Shown here: positions 39,401-53,215 of the stretch, piece by piece
Layout: every line of letters begins with the position of its first letter
How positions within the stretch are numbered: the first letter of the stretch is position 1
NCBI RefSeq assembly: GCF_964194025.1
Contig: NC_134477.1
Location: forward strand, 29,636,001-29,700,000
From: Convolutriloba macropyga
Lineage: Eukaryota
DNA: 64,000 nt
Reading direction: 5' to 3'
The notes under the pieces: generated by a model
Seen by the model: the letters and a program-made list of their open reading frames with translations, nothing else
Told to the model about the DNA's origin: nothing
The model's database searches: none
Position numbers and translations under genes: made by a program

Positions 39401-42400
39401 TTGAAAACAGCCATAGACAATTAAACAAAAATATTACGTACTAAATAAGAAACGCTTCGGGGTCAAATGGCGTAGTTGAAAACAGCCATAGACAATTAAA
39501 CAAAAATATTACGTACTAAATAAGAAAGATAGTCGAGGAAAGTAAAATAACTTAGCTCACAATCACGCACAGTTATGGAGTTATACACTTATGAAGTTAC
39601 CTTTGGTAATAAGTCTAGCAGTCGTATAATGTTTCATCTATTGTCCACAACAGATGAAATTGAAAAATGTACCGACACTGAAACTCACCGTTTACCTCTC
39701 TCCAAGATCGCACACATACTGACCATCTATGCCAACCATCCCGAATTGAAGAATTGCAAACGTGAAACCTCTTTTTTTCTCATTGATCGCAGATGTCTAA
39801 ATAGGAGTCCGTATTCATGTATTATGTAGACTTAGGACAGCCCAACCACTGAAAAATAGATAATCTCTTCTTATAAAAAACTCTATAAGTTAGAAAATCT
39901 TCGAATTTTCACCCAAAAACAAAATGAAAAGTTTCGTCGGATATGGTTCTTCTAAGGAGAACACAATATAAAGCAAAGGTTCCAAAACAGAGCTCAATTT
40001 CGTTTACTTTAGACCGGCCACAGACACCTTCAGAATAAAAAAACATATTTTCACAACCTGTGGAGGACCGGTCTAGACCATTTTGTACAAACCCTGACAT
40101 TGTTTAACAATTTTGTGGTTGCTGGACAGCAATTTTGGTTGAAACATTTTATACGGCATTTCATTTGAATCAGTCTTTTCTCATCATTTATGAGCAGCAT
40201 TTTTGAACTGCAAATCCGGAAAAAGCCGCGTTGTTATAATATTAGACTATATTTTAATTCAATACTATAAAACAGACTCAATGTTCCAATGCTCACATAA
40301 TATCACCAATTTCTGCAAAACAAAAATCTCAAAGCAGCGCCAGAGTAATTTTTTCATTTCAAAATAAGTTGAACTTTTCAGACATCAATTAGGACCACCA
40401 ATATCTACACTCTTAATTTAAAAATTGATGCTTTCTTCTGATCGTCGACCGCCGCACTAAAATAAATTCAAAGTTCCCTTCACCATGCTTCAAAACAACA
40501 TTTTAACTTTCAAGTCATTGAAAAAAGTGATGCTTTTTTCCGAACGTCGATTGCGCCATTTTATTCTTGCAATTTCCCAGAAATTGTTGTACCTATTTTG
40601 TATTTTCAACCTATAGATCATTGTTTTCTAATATACTCAATTACCTCCTTCGAGTGTACGAACCATTATTCATACGGACCTCTATTGTGTACTTAAGGTA
40701 CTACAATTGTTCTAATATACGAATTTCTTTTTCAATAATTGACAAAAACAGTATCAAATTACCTAACAACTTCTTATACAAATGCTAAAACGAATTCCAC
40801 TGAATGATCCTTCAACTCTCAAAAGTGAACAGTATATAGCACCTAATAACAGCAATACAAAAAAATGTTGCGTCAGCAAACTCACACAGAGTTTATTGAC
40901 CCTTTTTTTCTGTGAACTATCTTTGCCCTAAAAACCATTTAAGACGCTATATGTGGTATAGCGTCTTAAATGGCAACAAGAAAATGTGGTAGCAGTACAA
41001 AAAGCTTTTTACATACGATACGACATTTCTTCGTTTAATAAAACCAAAGAGAATTTTCTCTAAAAATTCAACTGTGAGCGCACGAAGCTAAATCAGACAC
41101 AGGTTGATAATCTAGCACATTCACTCCCTCATTTTTGGAAATCATATGAGGCTTCCAAATTTAACGAGGAAAAATATAGTAGTATTAAATTTCCCATTCA
41201 AAGCAAACGCAATTTTTAAAGAACAAGGACTTACACAGACACTTATACAATTGCTAGAAAGATTACAACCTTTATTGGACAGGCTCACTCATTTTGACAC
41301 AAATAAGCTGTGTCTCTCTGACTAGAGAAGATACATTTTTACATTTTAAACCCAGTAAAAATTATACACAAAAAGGAATCTCTTAGAATAGTTCTTGATA
41401 CTAGTCATTTAAACAAAAAGATTGATGCAACAAAATGTAGTTGGCCCATAGAACCAATACAACCTATTCCTAATCACATTGAACGTTCAGTTTTTTCAAA
41501 AGCCCACATGAATAGCGCATAAAATCAAATAACCCTTGACAAACCATGACAATAATTAACAATTGTTTTCTGTCGGACAATAATTTTGGTTGCAACACAC
41601 TTTATACGGTATTTCAACTTAACCAGCCTTTTCTGATTATCTATGGGCAGCATTTTTGAACCACTAATCCGCAAAAAACAGCCTAGTTACAATAACAGAC
41701 TATTTGTTCATTCAAAGCGATAGAACAGGCTCAATGTCTCATTGTTATCAATACTCACAGAAAATCAACAATTTCTCCAAAACGAAAATCTCAAAGCAGC
41801 TCCAGAGTAAAGTTTTTCTTTTCAGAATAAGCTAAACTTTTCGTACATCAAATTAGGAACACCAATATCTACACTCTGAATTTAAAAATTGATGCTTTCT
41901 TCTGATCGTCAAACACCGCACTAAAATAAATTCAAAATTCCCTTCACCATGCTTCAAAACAACATTTTAACTTTCAAGTCATTTCCAGACCGTCTTACCT
42001 CTAATTTAAAGGTTCGGTAGATTTGAAATGGATTAGGTTGAAACGGTTGATTTGAACCCAGAACTATATAAAGTTTGATAAGGTCAACAAAAAAATCACA
42101 GACCACACAATATAAGCCCCTGTTTTAGAGAACGGAATTAATGCTTCCCAGATGGCTCCTTAACATTCTTGTTGGACACACAACAACAAGACAATGCATT
42201 TACACAACAAATATTGTGGAAAACGCAAAAAAATTCCCAGTTATCCCAACGACCCCAATCCGCGCGGATAAATGTTCATTACAATACTTCCCTGGATTTC
42301 ACAACCATAAATGAAACAATCTAAATTTTTCATTTTCAACAAGAAACAAAATGTCAAAAAATCTGTGTTTTGTCACTACTTCTAGCTGCTTTTCATAATG

Positions 42401-45400
42401 CACACTCACATAAGGTTTGCACACTCACATATATTGCACACTTTAAAGCAAGGCCATCTTTCGTTCGCTTCGCAGTCAAATGACCTTGTTGAAAACAGCC
42501 ATAGACAATTGAACAACATTTTTACGTGCTAATTTAGACAAAAATCAGTCGAGGAAAATAAAATAACTCACAAACATGCAATGTTATGGAGTTATACACT
42601 TATGAAATCGCCTTCTGTATTAGGTCTAGCAGTCCTATACAGTTTCATCTGTGGTCCCCAACAGATGAAATGATAAAATGTACCGACAGTAAAACTCACC
42701 ATTTACTTCTCTCCTAGATCGCACACATACTGACCATCTATGTCACCCATCCCGAATTGAAGAATTGCAAACGCGAAACCTCTTGTTTTCTCATTGAACG
42801 CAAATGTCTAAATTGGAGTCCATATTCATGTATTATGTAGACTTAGGACAGCCCAACCACTGAAAAATAGATAATCTCTTCTCATAAAAAACTCTATAAG
42901 TTAGAAAATCTTCGAATTTTCACCCAAAAACAAAATGAAAAGTTTCGTCGGATATGGTTCTTCTAAGGAGAACACAATATAAAGCAAAGGTTCCAAAACA
43001 GAGCTCAATTTCGTTTACTTTAGACCGGCCACAGACACCTTCAGAATAAAAAACATATTTTCACAACCTGTGGAGGACCGGTCTAGACCATTTTGTACAA
43101 ACCATGACAATTTTTTACAATTTTGTTGTTGCAGAACAACAATTTTGAATGAAATACATTTTATACGGCATTTCATTTGAACCATCCTTTTCTCATCATT
43201 AACGAGCAGCACATTTGATCCGCTAACCTGCAAAAAGCAGCGTTGTTATAATATTAGACTATATTTTAATATTCTGTTAATACTCTGCTAATATTTTGAT
43301 ATTCTGTTAATACTCACTGAATATCACCAATTTCTCCAAAACAAAAATCTCAAAATAGATTCAGAGTTTTTTTCTTTTCAAAAAAAGTTCTTCGGACCTC
43401 AAATTAGAAACAACAATATGTACTCTTAAATCAAAAATCGATGTTTTCTCCTGCCCGCCGACCGCCCCAACAAAGAAATCCAAAATTGCCTTCACTTTGC
43501 TCCAAAACACGGTTTAAGATTAAAAATCATTCGCAGACCGTCTTAACTTAAACTAATAGGTTCGGTTGATTTGAAATGGAACCCAAAACTAGAAAACGCT
43601 TTGATAAGGTCAAAAAAAGAAATTACAGACGACACACTATTAGCCCTTTTATTAGAGAAAACAAAATTTATCTCAGTCAACTCTTGTCTATTCTCAACAG
43701 CAGAAGTTAGTCTTTTAGTCATACACTGAGAATCCGCAGCAGCGTTTTTGAACTCCCCGCGTCCGATTGTCTCATATAAGTGTCAGAACACCCTATTATC
43801 CTCCCCTGACCATAACCAATCATTTTTCTGTTCAAACACGAAAAAAACAAATCGACCGACAAACTTTTTTTGAAATATCCAAGATTACATATTGGGGAGA
43901 GAGAGGAAAGAAAACTTCTTTTTTTCAGATTTCTTATTTAGTCGGTCACTAATTTCCGCTGCTCAAGGTCAACATCGACTAATAACAATAGAAATACCAG
44001 AACCTAAAAAATTACTTATGATGAAGAACCAAAACGCTCCCCCTACCACGAAACTACTCAGTATCAATAGAATACTTTAAAAGTACAACTGTTCATTCAC
44101 AACACCAACACGAATCACCACACTTTCTTGTTGGAATTAAAATAGAAAAAAATTTTTTTGAGGTACAGCTCGAAGGCAATCTAATTTTACCATTATTCTA
44201 CAAAGAATAATTACTAAATCATAACCGATCGAATAAAAGAATTAAATGATTTCATAACCAACAAATCACAATTCAGAACCCGAAGTGTACCCAATCATAC
44301 AACAAAGAGATATCACCTTAAACACGAAAAAAAATAACCAATAAATAAAAAGTCCTTACATTAGACAATAAAGCATTATTAAACGCCATTAAATTCTCGT
44401 TTACAGCAGCGGATGATCTTTCAACAAGTAGACCACAAAATTACAATTATTGCTTACCAGAAGACTTCGAAACAGTCGAAACATTCTCATTGGACATACA
44501 ACAACAAGACCCTCTGTTCAGACAACAAATTTTGTTTTAAAGATGCCCAGATACCCGAACAACCCCAGTCCGAGCGGATAAAGGATCACCACAATACATC
44601 CGTAGTTTTCACAACCATAAACGAAACAAACCGAGTTTTTTATTTTGACAATAAACAAAATTTTGAAAATCTGTTTGCCATTTTAACTACTTCTAGCTGC
44701 TTTTCATAAAGCATACTCACATAACATCTCAGGTCATTCAGGCCGGGAGAAAACAGGATTTCTTAGGTTGAGAAACAAAAAAAGTTATGCCAAATCTCTT
44801 ATATACCATTTATACCATTTCTAAAGGTTTCCCCATTTCTCAGTCACTGTATATCAAAATACACAAAAGGATCTATAGTGCCCATAACAGACGCCATCTC
44901 TAATTTTTAAGTATTTTATAGGAGCATTCTCACATTATGTAGTATTGAAACCTTCGACTGGAAATGATGCCATTAATGCACTAAGTCTGCTATGCAATCA
45001 TTGCACTGCGAACTTTGTTATTCTTGATATTCTTGTTACTGACAGTGAAAACAAAAATTTTAAAGGAGATTTTGACTTTTTCATGTCATTCGCTTAGCGA
45101 TCAAATGGCCTAGTTGAAAACAGCCTTAGACAATTCAACAGAATTTTTTCATACAAATTTAGACACGCGGTAAAAAAATTCGTCGAGGAAAGTAAAAGAA
45201 TTTATTTCGCAAACACGCACTGTTATGGAGTTATACTCTTGTGAACTTGTCTTTTGTATTAAGTCTAGCAGTCCTATAATGTTTCATCTGTCGTCCACAA
45301 CAGATGAAATTGGAAAATGTATAAACATTGAAACTGACCATTTACCTCTCCCTCAGATTGCACACATACTGACCATCTATGTCACCCATCCCGAAAGCGA

Positions 45401-45800
45401 AAGTGAAATTTTGCCTCTAGTTTTTTCAATGCACTCAGTTAACAGAAAGATGTCCATATTCATGTAGATTGTAGATTTGGGACAGCCTAACCACTGAAAA
45501 ACAGACCATCTCTATGTATAAAAAACTCCTCAAGTTAGAATATCTTCAAATGTTCATCCAAGAACAAATTGTGAAAAATATTCGTCGGATATGGCTCTCC
45601 CAAAGAAAAAACCATATAAAGCAAAGGTTTCAAAACTGAGCTCAATCTCGTTTGCTTTAGACAAGCCGCAGACACCTTCAGAATAACAAACAATTTTTCA
45701 CAATCTGTAGAGAACTGGTCTAGACCATTCTGTACAAGCTCGGTAGAGCAGCATAGCCGAGATACACGCCTACGCAGACAAACGGTAGGAATATTCATAC
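36440..45800 (+). pseudogene. pol: Highly degenerate Ty3/Gypsy pol (RT-RNaseH-integrase), present as ~3 tandem and partly rearranged copies
   Basis: RT remnants KGESLKIVLDTRQLN (~37152, ~41372), MNSAY..LDKP (~37286, ~41508), NENFKAAPE and LGHQI; integrase remnants HSHNISGHPG (~38906, ~44714), ILVTD (~39282, ~45030) and SNGVVENSHRQL (~39388, ~42475, ~45101). Integrase follows RT, the Gypsy order. Confidence 0.85.
39379..39527 (+). repeat. Near-perfect 75 bp tandem duplication within the integrase remnant
   Basis: GCTTCGGGGTCAAATGGCG...TAAATAAGAAA at 39379 and 39454. Confidence 0.95.
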
Positions 45801-48800
45801 CGCCAACTAATATTTCGGTTAAAAACAATGATCTACTAAATACACCTAAAACACTATATTCGAAACTTACAAAGTATGAAAATTCACTTTCGCCGAAAAA
45901 AATTTAGCCAGCTTCAGCTGATTAAATTTAAGCTTAACACAATAAATATAACCGAAATACCAAAACAGCAAAAAAACAAAAGTTTGATTCTCGTGAATGG
46001 GGTAACGAACTGCCCCTTTTCCTTCATCCCTTCCCTCCTTACACAATCATATTCAGTGGAATGACATACAAAATAACACCTCAATCTAAGCACACCTGGT
46101 ATCAAAAATACCTCAATCAAAACAGCAAAAATAAAAAAGTTTACTTCTCGTCAATGGGTAACGAACTGCCCGTTCCTCTTCACCCCTTTCCTCCTTACAC
46201 AATCATATCCAGTGGAATAATATTAAAAAATCCAACTCAATCTAACCACACCAGGTAAATACAACCGGCTTTTTCAAACTGTTATCTAAGCAGCATTACA
46301 AATCTACCTCCGAAAAGAGTTTTGAAAAGATAAGAAATGGCTCTATCACACAAATAACGAGATTTGAGATAACAAATTTTCATTTTTCTGTGCAACAGAT
46401 TTTCATCTTACTATCGCATTCTCTCAAGCTCCTTTCTAACTTTAAGAACTGTCACAGCACAGTTCATCGGTAATGCAATTCAATTTAAAAGACCACAGTA
46501 TCAACTTTCATAAACAGACTTGAATTGCTCACAGCGGCAAGTTTCTGATCTTCAAGCTCAGCCTAATCAATACTCATATTTTATCACTTGCATAACGCAG
46601 CATATTGCGTATTCAACCTCTGTCAAATCAAGCACAATCTTGAACAGCAGAAACTATGTTTGCTACAAACATCAAAACTAAACGCATCCAAGTTCACAAA
46701 AAGTGCTTTGACGTTGATAACACTTTCTACTCCGAATACAGTTGAAAGTGGGTTTTTATATCAGAAATTGTCATAGCGAAAAAATTTCACTCTTTCATCT
46801 ACCGATATTTCCGAGCCAAGCGACATCAAAAATCACACAACTACTATTCAGAGATTAAGTCTATACACTACACCTAGATGTTCTTCTGGCCTCATATGAT
46901 TTAAAGTACTTTTAAGAAGCCTTAAACTTGAATGAAAGGCTCCAATTCAATTGAAAGATATCTTCGCATAATTTTCTCCTGCGATAGGAAAGATTACACG
47001 TTAGATGATTTGTTCGGGATAATTCCCTCTGCTCATACAGATCTCAACATAATTTCCTCCCGCCAAGAGTATCCCTTCGCAACAATCCAAGTGCGTACAC
47101 CACATTTAAATCTAAAGATTCTTCTGGTACCTCAAGTATTCAATATCGTATTTATTGTTTTAAGATGTGTGCAAATACTGCACAGGCTATGTTTTCACAA
47201 CAACGGCCGCAAGCGTTCCTAACAATACAAATCCTAGCGTATCCCTGTCACATAAGCGCCGACGTGTCCACATGGCGGACCATTCGAGCAATCAACTATG
47301 AAAGGTCGTCATTTGGACTCTTAAATAAATAATTGCAACCTGCAGAAAAACATCTCTACTCATTCATTACTCTCTCAAAATTTACTGATCAACCTATCTG
47401 TTTTCTAAGACTGAAATTTCAAGTATAATCTCTCCAATCATAAATGCATTGCAAAAGCAGCAGACAGTAAAGGCAAAAATTGTCCCCGTAATAATACGCG
47501 CTATGAATATCTTTTCGTCCATACACTTCGATGTTCGCTACAACTAACAAACACCACATTTACTCTTATTTAAAATCCAAAAATGTTTAATATTAAGATA
47601 CTTGCACCAAGTCCGATATTGAAAGAGGGTGCTGTCCCACAATCACGAAATCAAGAAAACGTTAATTTTGAACCTAATGATCAGTGTCGTTTTTGGAACG
47701 TAGGTAGAACACAGACCCGAAAGGTTAAATTTAAAAACATGTAAATTGTTGAATTCTCATAAATAATCAACGCAGGAAATCAACATAATGTCCACATTGG
47801 CACAAGTTGCTTTGAAGACCGTTTATCTTACGCATCGGCTTTGTCTCGATAAGAAGTAATTAAGAAACTTCATAAAAGTATCGATGACAAACATCGGTAT
47901 GCCACCTAATGCTAAAATATTTTTATACAAATCATGGAGGTTTTCACTCTGCAACAGCAAACTTTATAGAGTTTCACGACATTCACCACAACATACACAA
48001 AATACCACGTTCGGTATCTGCTTACACTAAAGCCCATAGTTAAAATGATTATGTTATACCGTAAAAACGTATATCGTTAACGCGAAAAGTACGAACTTCG
48101 CAGAGATCAGAACTGTTTTAGCGCAGTACATCCAAATGTTCCTCAGACGCTGAAATCAATTATGTAATTTATCTTGAACTGTTAGAATTGAACCAATGAG
48201 ATCAAAAACGACTGATTATAATTTTTTAGCACAAAAGTTAAAACTTTCCAACAGTTGGGTAAAATTATTACCAACAAAAAATTCTTTAATCACACTCAAA
48301 AGCTCAACAATTTTTCTTCACGTCTATATGTACAAAAGGTTTCGAACGTATCTCTTTTTCGTTCCAAAATAATGTACTATTTGCTGATCAATCAACTCAA
48401 AATTTTCCCCTTGGCCTATTAGATTGCCACGTAAAGCTGATAAACTTGAGCCAAAAACGCTCCACGCCGAAGACAATAAATCATACCATTTCAGGCCCTA
48501 TCTAATTAAGGCGCGACACAATGTTAAAGTTTTCACATCCAAAAATGGACAACGCCGTTTTAGTCAAATAAACAAGATTGAAAACTTAGTCATAGTGAAC
48601 GGACAAACTCAATAGACAAAAATGAAAACTAATTAAGTAGATGATGAGTCATTATACAAATTTTTTGTAGCAAAAACACCTGGGCAAGCTCAATTACAAG
48701 CAAAGAAATTGCAAAAACTGAAACAGCACACAAATTACTTTAACGAATTATTTATAAATGTTAAAGAATTCACCCTACGCCGCCTTGATCGACGGGATCT

Positions 48801-50341
48801 CATCAACGGAATTTATTGAAATAAGACCCCTCATTGGTATGTAACAGAAGAATAGTCATCGCAAGTACTGTGTTTAATAATTTAAAATGTCTCTGGATTA
48901 TTTAGAGGTGTACTCGACACATATAATTTGAAAAATGTGCGCGGCTAATTATGTCACTTTGTCAGTTTCACATGGATAATCATTTCTGGTCTCTTTGGCA
49001 TTTTCTCAAAAAATAGGTTTTCTCTAAGCGGCTTACGGCGCATATAAACAACCATAAACTGACCAAAACTAAAAAAAAATACGGTGAACTCTTTAAGCCC
49101 CCCTCAAATTCGAACCTACAACGTTCGATCTTCTCATACGGGATTTACGATGGAGAATACCTCTGGAGCCGCTGCCCTTTGATCCCTTAGAGCAGTGAGT
49201 CATTGAGCAGTGAGACGGAAAAATTGGCGCTCTCCACTACTTCACAGCCTCAGTCAGTTTCCTTGGTGTAGTACATGAAAGGTGAAACCTCTACCTTCAC
49301 CAGCAACATGGTCATCATCTTCCTCGTAAGAAACGAGTGTATATTCCTCTACTCATACGAAGTGATCCCAATTCTCCACAGTCGCTCCAAATGCCCCAAT
49401 TTTTATGCCTGTCATAAGGGTCATTGCTGCCACTGTTGATGATTCCTGGAAATATTAAATGGAACGCACCTCTAATGACATGTTTGTCTCAAAATTATCC
49501 ACTTCAAGACGCTTTGGCATGTCTCTTCAGATTCAAAAACCAACGCATGCAACTCCACCTACACAGATGGTCAACTCTATCTTGATGAATTCAATGTATA
49601 ATAGCCCATGATAACTACACCAAAGCCTCAAAACGACGTCAACTCCCCGTCAACGGTGATATTTAACTTGAGAATCTCCATCCATAATTATGCAATACGG
49701 ACAATCGGTAGCCCGGAAGCCACAGACGTCAACTCCCCAAAATTATTTCGTCAACAGCCACCTCCGTCTCCGCTACATAATGTCCAAAATGAGGCTCACT
49801 GTCCTGTTCAAGACTAGCTCTGCATAGACCTTCACCACTGCGCTAAGGACTTATCATCGAGCAACAGGACCAAATTTTCCCTAAAACTCAGTTCACTAAT
49901 CTTCTCCATTTCAGTACCTAACATGGTATACATTTTCCGGAAAAAATTAAATACATCGGAACCTCACCTGAAATTGATCTCAAATCCACAGCAGTGCCTT
50001 GCAGCAGAACCAATATATTGAGGAAGATCGAGATTGGAATCTACCAGTATATGTTGTGCACTTCCCCTAAATCCTCATTTTACACATAATTTTTGATCGT
50101 TTCTGGCACACTCCCGATTATTTCTCTGTACTGATGGATCGCGCAATTGACTACATAAACACCATTTTTACATACGACACAGCTCCCTACAGTATTTATC
50201 ATAAAGAGAAACTTTCTTACATTCAGTTTGGTTTTTATATCCAATTTTAAAAAAGTAAACAATCAATCGCCTCGTATGTACTACTTTCTTATTCCTTCTC
50301 TTAAGCATACTCATTAACTCTTCAATAAAGAATTAGGAACA
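45800..50341 (+). mobile_element. 3' extension of the Gypsy element; possible decayed env-like or extra ORF region
   Basis: Contiguous with the integrase end and with the same strand bias. It has a basic motif RRLDRR followed by DLINGI (48778-48813), Cys-containing fragments at ~49400-49850, and ends AATAAAGAATTAGGAACA at ~50341. There is also a ~158 bp duplication at 45975/46134. Confidence 0.35.
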
Positions 50342-50516
50342 ATTTCCTTCTTTTTTTCTGTGGTCAAAACTTAGAAAGAAGGAATTAACTTTACAGAGAA
50401 AAAAAGCTTAATAGGGTATAAAAAGCTCAGAGTAGCTAAATAGGTTGGTAACCAGAAAATAAGCTGGTAGATCTGATCGGAACACACCGCACCAAAAAGA
50501 GATGATTTGAAATCTT

Positions 50517-50690
50517 GAATCTTTTTCGTTTGTGGCCGCTTAGTTCGTTGTGCATCCCTCGTTAACCAGCACCTGCCTTTACATGGTAAATCACTATGTA
50601 AAAATATGGCACGTGATCCAGGGCTGCGTAAATAAAATGCATCCACTAAGCGGGCGGGAGGGGGCTGAGGCACAGTCGGAGAAGATCCGA
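50517..50690. mobile_element. MITE family A copy (same family as 24281-26010)
   Basis: Shares the core GTAAATCACTATGTAAAAATATGGCACGTG and GCATCCACTAAGC; has degenerate TIRs. Confidence 0.75.
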
Positions 50691-52549
50691 AATCTCTTTG
50701 TACCACTGGAAAAGGACCCAGACAACACCACTCCACTCAGAAGGGAACAAAACATCAGTAGATGAAAGCGGGAAATAACTGGAATTGTAACAGGACAACA
50801 AATCACTGGCCATAAAACTCTGTCACTGGCAACCTTACTGAACTCACAACCAATGGGATCTGGATCACTCGCTGACGAAACATATACTACTACACCCTAC
50901 TTCGCTCGACAGGACCAACACATTCAACAAAATTTCAGCTGCATTAGACGTTTTGAGCAAACCTCTTTTTCCTGAATGGATTCAGCAGATAAAATCACAG
51001 AAGGTGCATTCTCCCAATTTCCACCGTTCACAGAGTCAGAAGACTCTATGCTCTTTTAAATAGAGCTTGTTCGACTTTACCTATTCAGTCTATTGGTTAG
51101 AAACACCATTTGTATACTCTTAACTTCGTTGTTGTATCTCCTCACCATCGTTACAATTGTATTTTAACTTCAGAGGTTTCTTGATTCGGTTGGTCAAACA
51201 GAACTAGGTAAAACAATTCGTGCAGAAGTAAGTAGTCCTAGCTCTATATCTCTTAAGAATGTAAAAGTCCACATTAAGAGTGTACTTTAGGGCGGACTGA
51301 TAATAATTACTCCTACACAATTACTGTTATAACTGAAATTGAAACGTATGAGGCTATTCTCAGTTGGCGCGAGGGTTAACTCACCTGGTGAAAGTATTAT
51401 GTTCGAGAGAGGGAAGATGAGGGGATTAAGACTCACTAACTCCTTTCATTTTTGTTTTTTAAACTAACACTTTTATAGTTAACTCTTCCACCGTTAGTTA
51501 GGCGGGGAAATAGGGGTGTGTTTTTTTTATTTTTACACTCTTTACACTCTTATCACTGTTATTTTAGGAGGAAATCTTCGGCCCGGGTCCGTAGGAATTA
51601 GTGTTTTCATTAAGTATTGAATCCCTCTCACTACCAACATTATCTTAATCGCTCGAGAAGCTCAGTACACTGACACGAAAACTAAAGTTTTGTTCTAACG
51701 TTCATAACCAAAAAGTACGAAAGCGTATACTTTCATTTCAAATTGGAGTTAAGGTTGCAATTTTGCAGATTAGTGAAAAACGTTTCCTTTAAAATATACA
51801 GGAGTTGAAATAAACCAAACGTCTCCGTCTCTGATAGCGAATGTGTCCATTATTTAGAGCAGTTTGATTCAAGTGTCAAAAGTTATATTTCTTAGTTTGA
51901 AAGATTATAAAGTTCCACTCCTTTAAGTCTAAATTCATTTTTTCAAACTAAGCACTTTGCCTTGAAGTTAAGTGACCGATAAAGTTGTACACTGGGTTCT
52001 CTAAGGTTCTTGCCATTGTCAGAAAATACAAAATGTAAATTCACATATTCGAATTTGGTATTGGATATGGGTTCCTCAAAACTATTTGGAATATTATGAG
52101 CAAAATAGAACTCAATGTTTTCAACGAACGGCAATGCCTTCTTTAGTAAACTGGTATCTATACAAGAATTTTTTATCCACAAGCAGTGCTTAAACCCCCC
52201 AATCATTTCAATCAATTTTGGGACAGCGATACGCATGACAATTGCTACCAACCATCTCATTTCTCGATGCCAAATGTAGAGTAAGCATTTTGCACCTGAT
52301 TTGTTCATTTTGGGAATTTTGGGATGTGGTCCTGAAGTCCGATCATCATTCAATACAAAACTATTTAATAAATGTATAATGACAAAAAGACCAAAATTTT
52401 GTGCGAATATATCATATAGCCAGAGCCCTGGTAAACTTATCATAGTGGGAGAGGAGAGCCTATAATTTCGTATGAAATTTGAACGGGGAAGAACTTTTTG
52501 ATCATCAACGGAGAATAGCGATGACTCAAGTTTGGAATGTTTCACGCAG

Positions 52550-52641
52550 TGAGGGAAAGCTCTACGAACCTGAATCAGACGAGGAGATGTCGAAAGTGGA
52601 GACCACATTCACATTCAAATTCGGACCAGGCACAGACAAAA
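52550..52641 (+). CDS. Exon 2 of the putative C-type lectin gene
   Basis: Acceptor TGTTTCACGCAG| at 52549 and donor |GTAAGT at 52642. Phase-2 joining with exon 1 gives ..ARKQCIK-Y-EGKLYEPESDEEMSKVETTFTFKFGPGTDK, matching the CTLD C-xx-(G/E)G-x-L-x-EP-x-S-x-x-E pattern. Confidence 0.7.
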
Positions 52642-52974
52642 GTAAGTAATTTTTTCGCGACCTTTGTGTACTGGGAATGGTGTTATCATCTTCATCGTCA
52701 ACGCCTCCCTTTAAACAACATGAGTTATTTACCAGTAGTCGGATTATACTACCCCACAATTACCCAGTTCATTTCTCCTCCAGAAAATGCAACACTCTAA
52801 ATCTGTTTTTTCTGGTGTGATGACACAAATTTTACGCGATTTTACGCTATTTTTTACACTTTTTTAAACCATTTTCACAGTATTTTTGTGTGATTGAGCC
52901 TATGAGGAAAATTAGCATTCTTATAACATTATTATTTCAAAAGCAGCTATTTTTTGCTCACTTGGAAAGTCATT

Positions 52975-53215
52975 GATTGAAAGAATATGAAATTGATAAT
53001 TTCTATGAACGCTTAGTCCAGTTTAAGTGTTGCACCCAGGTAACACAACCCTAGATTGCAAAAGATCTGTTTTCTTACCTTTGTTTTTTGTGTATGAGCA
53101 TTGAAGATTTCCCGGCAAAACTTAATTAGGTCGAATTAGGCCCGGTGCAGTTGGATATGCACACAATAGAAAGATAATCAAAAAAGTTTTCATGTAATTT
53201 TCACGTAAAAGAACT
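52975..53215 (+). repeat. Dispersed repeat, homologous to 63775-64000
   Basis: Shared AAAGAATATGAAA, AAGTGTTG..ACCCAGGTAACA..ACCCTAGATT, TAATTAGGT and ATAGAAAGAT segments in the same order (about 70% by eye). Confidence 0.75.

Noticed and set aside
51943-52608. 221 aa ORF on the - strand
   Set aside because: No recognisable domain and a non-ATG start. It overlaps antisense the better-supported + strand lectin exon 2, so it is probably a chance ORF.
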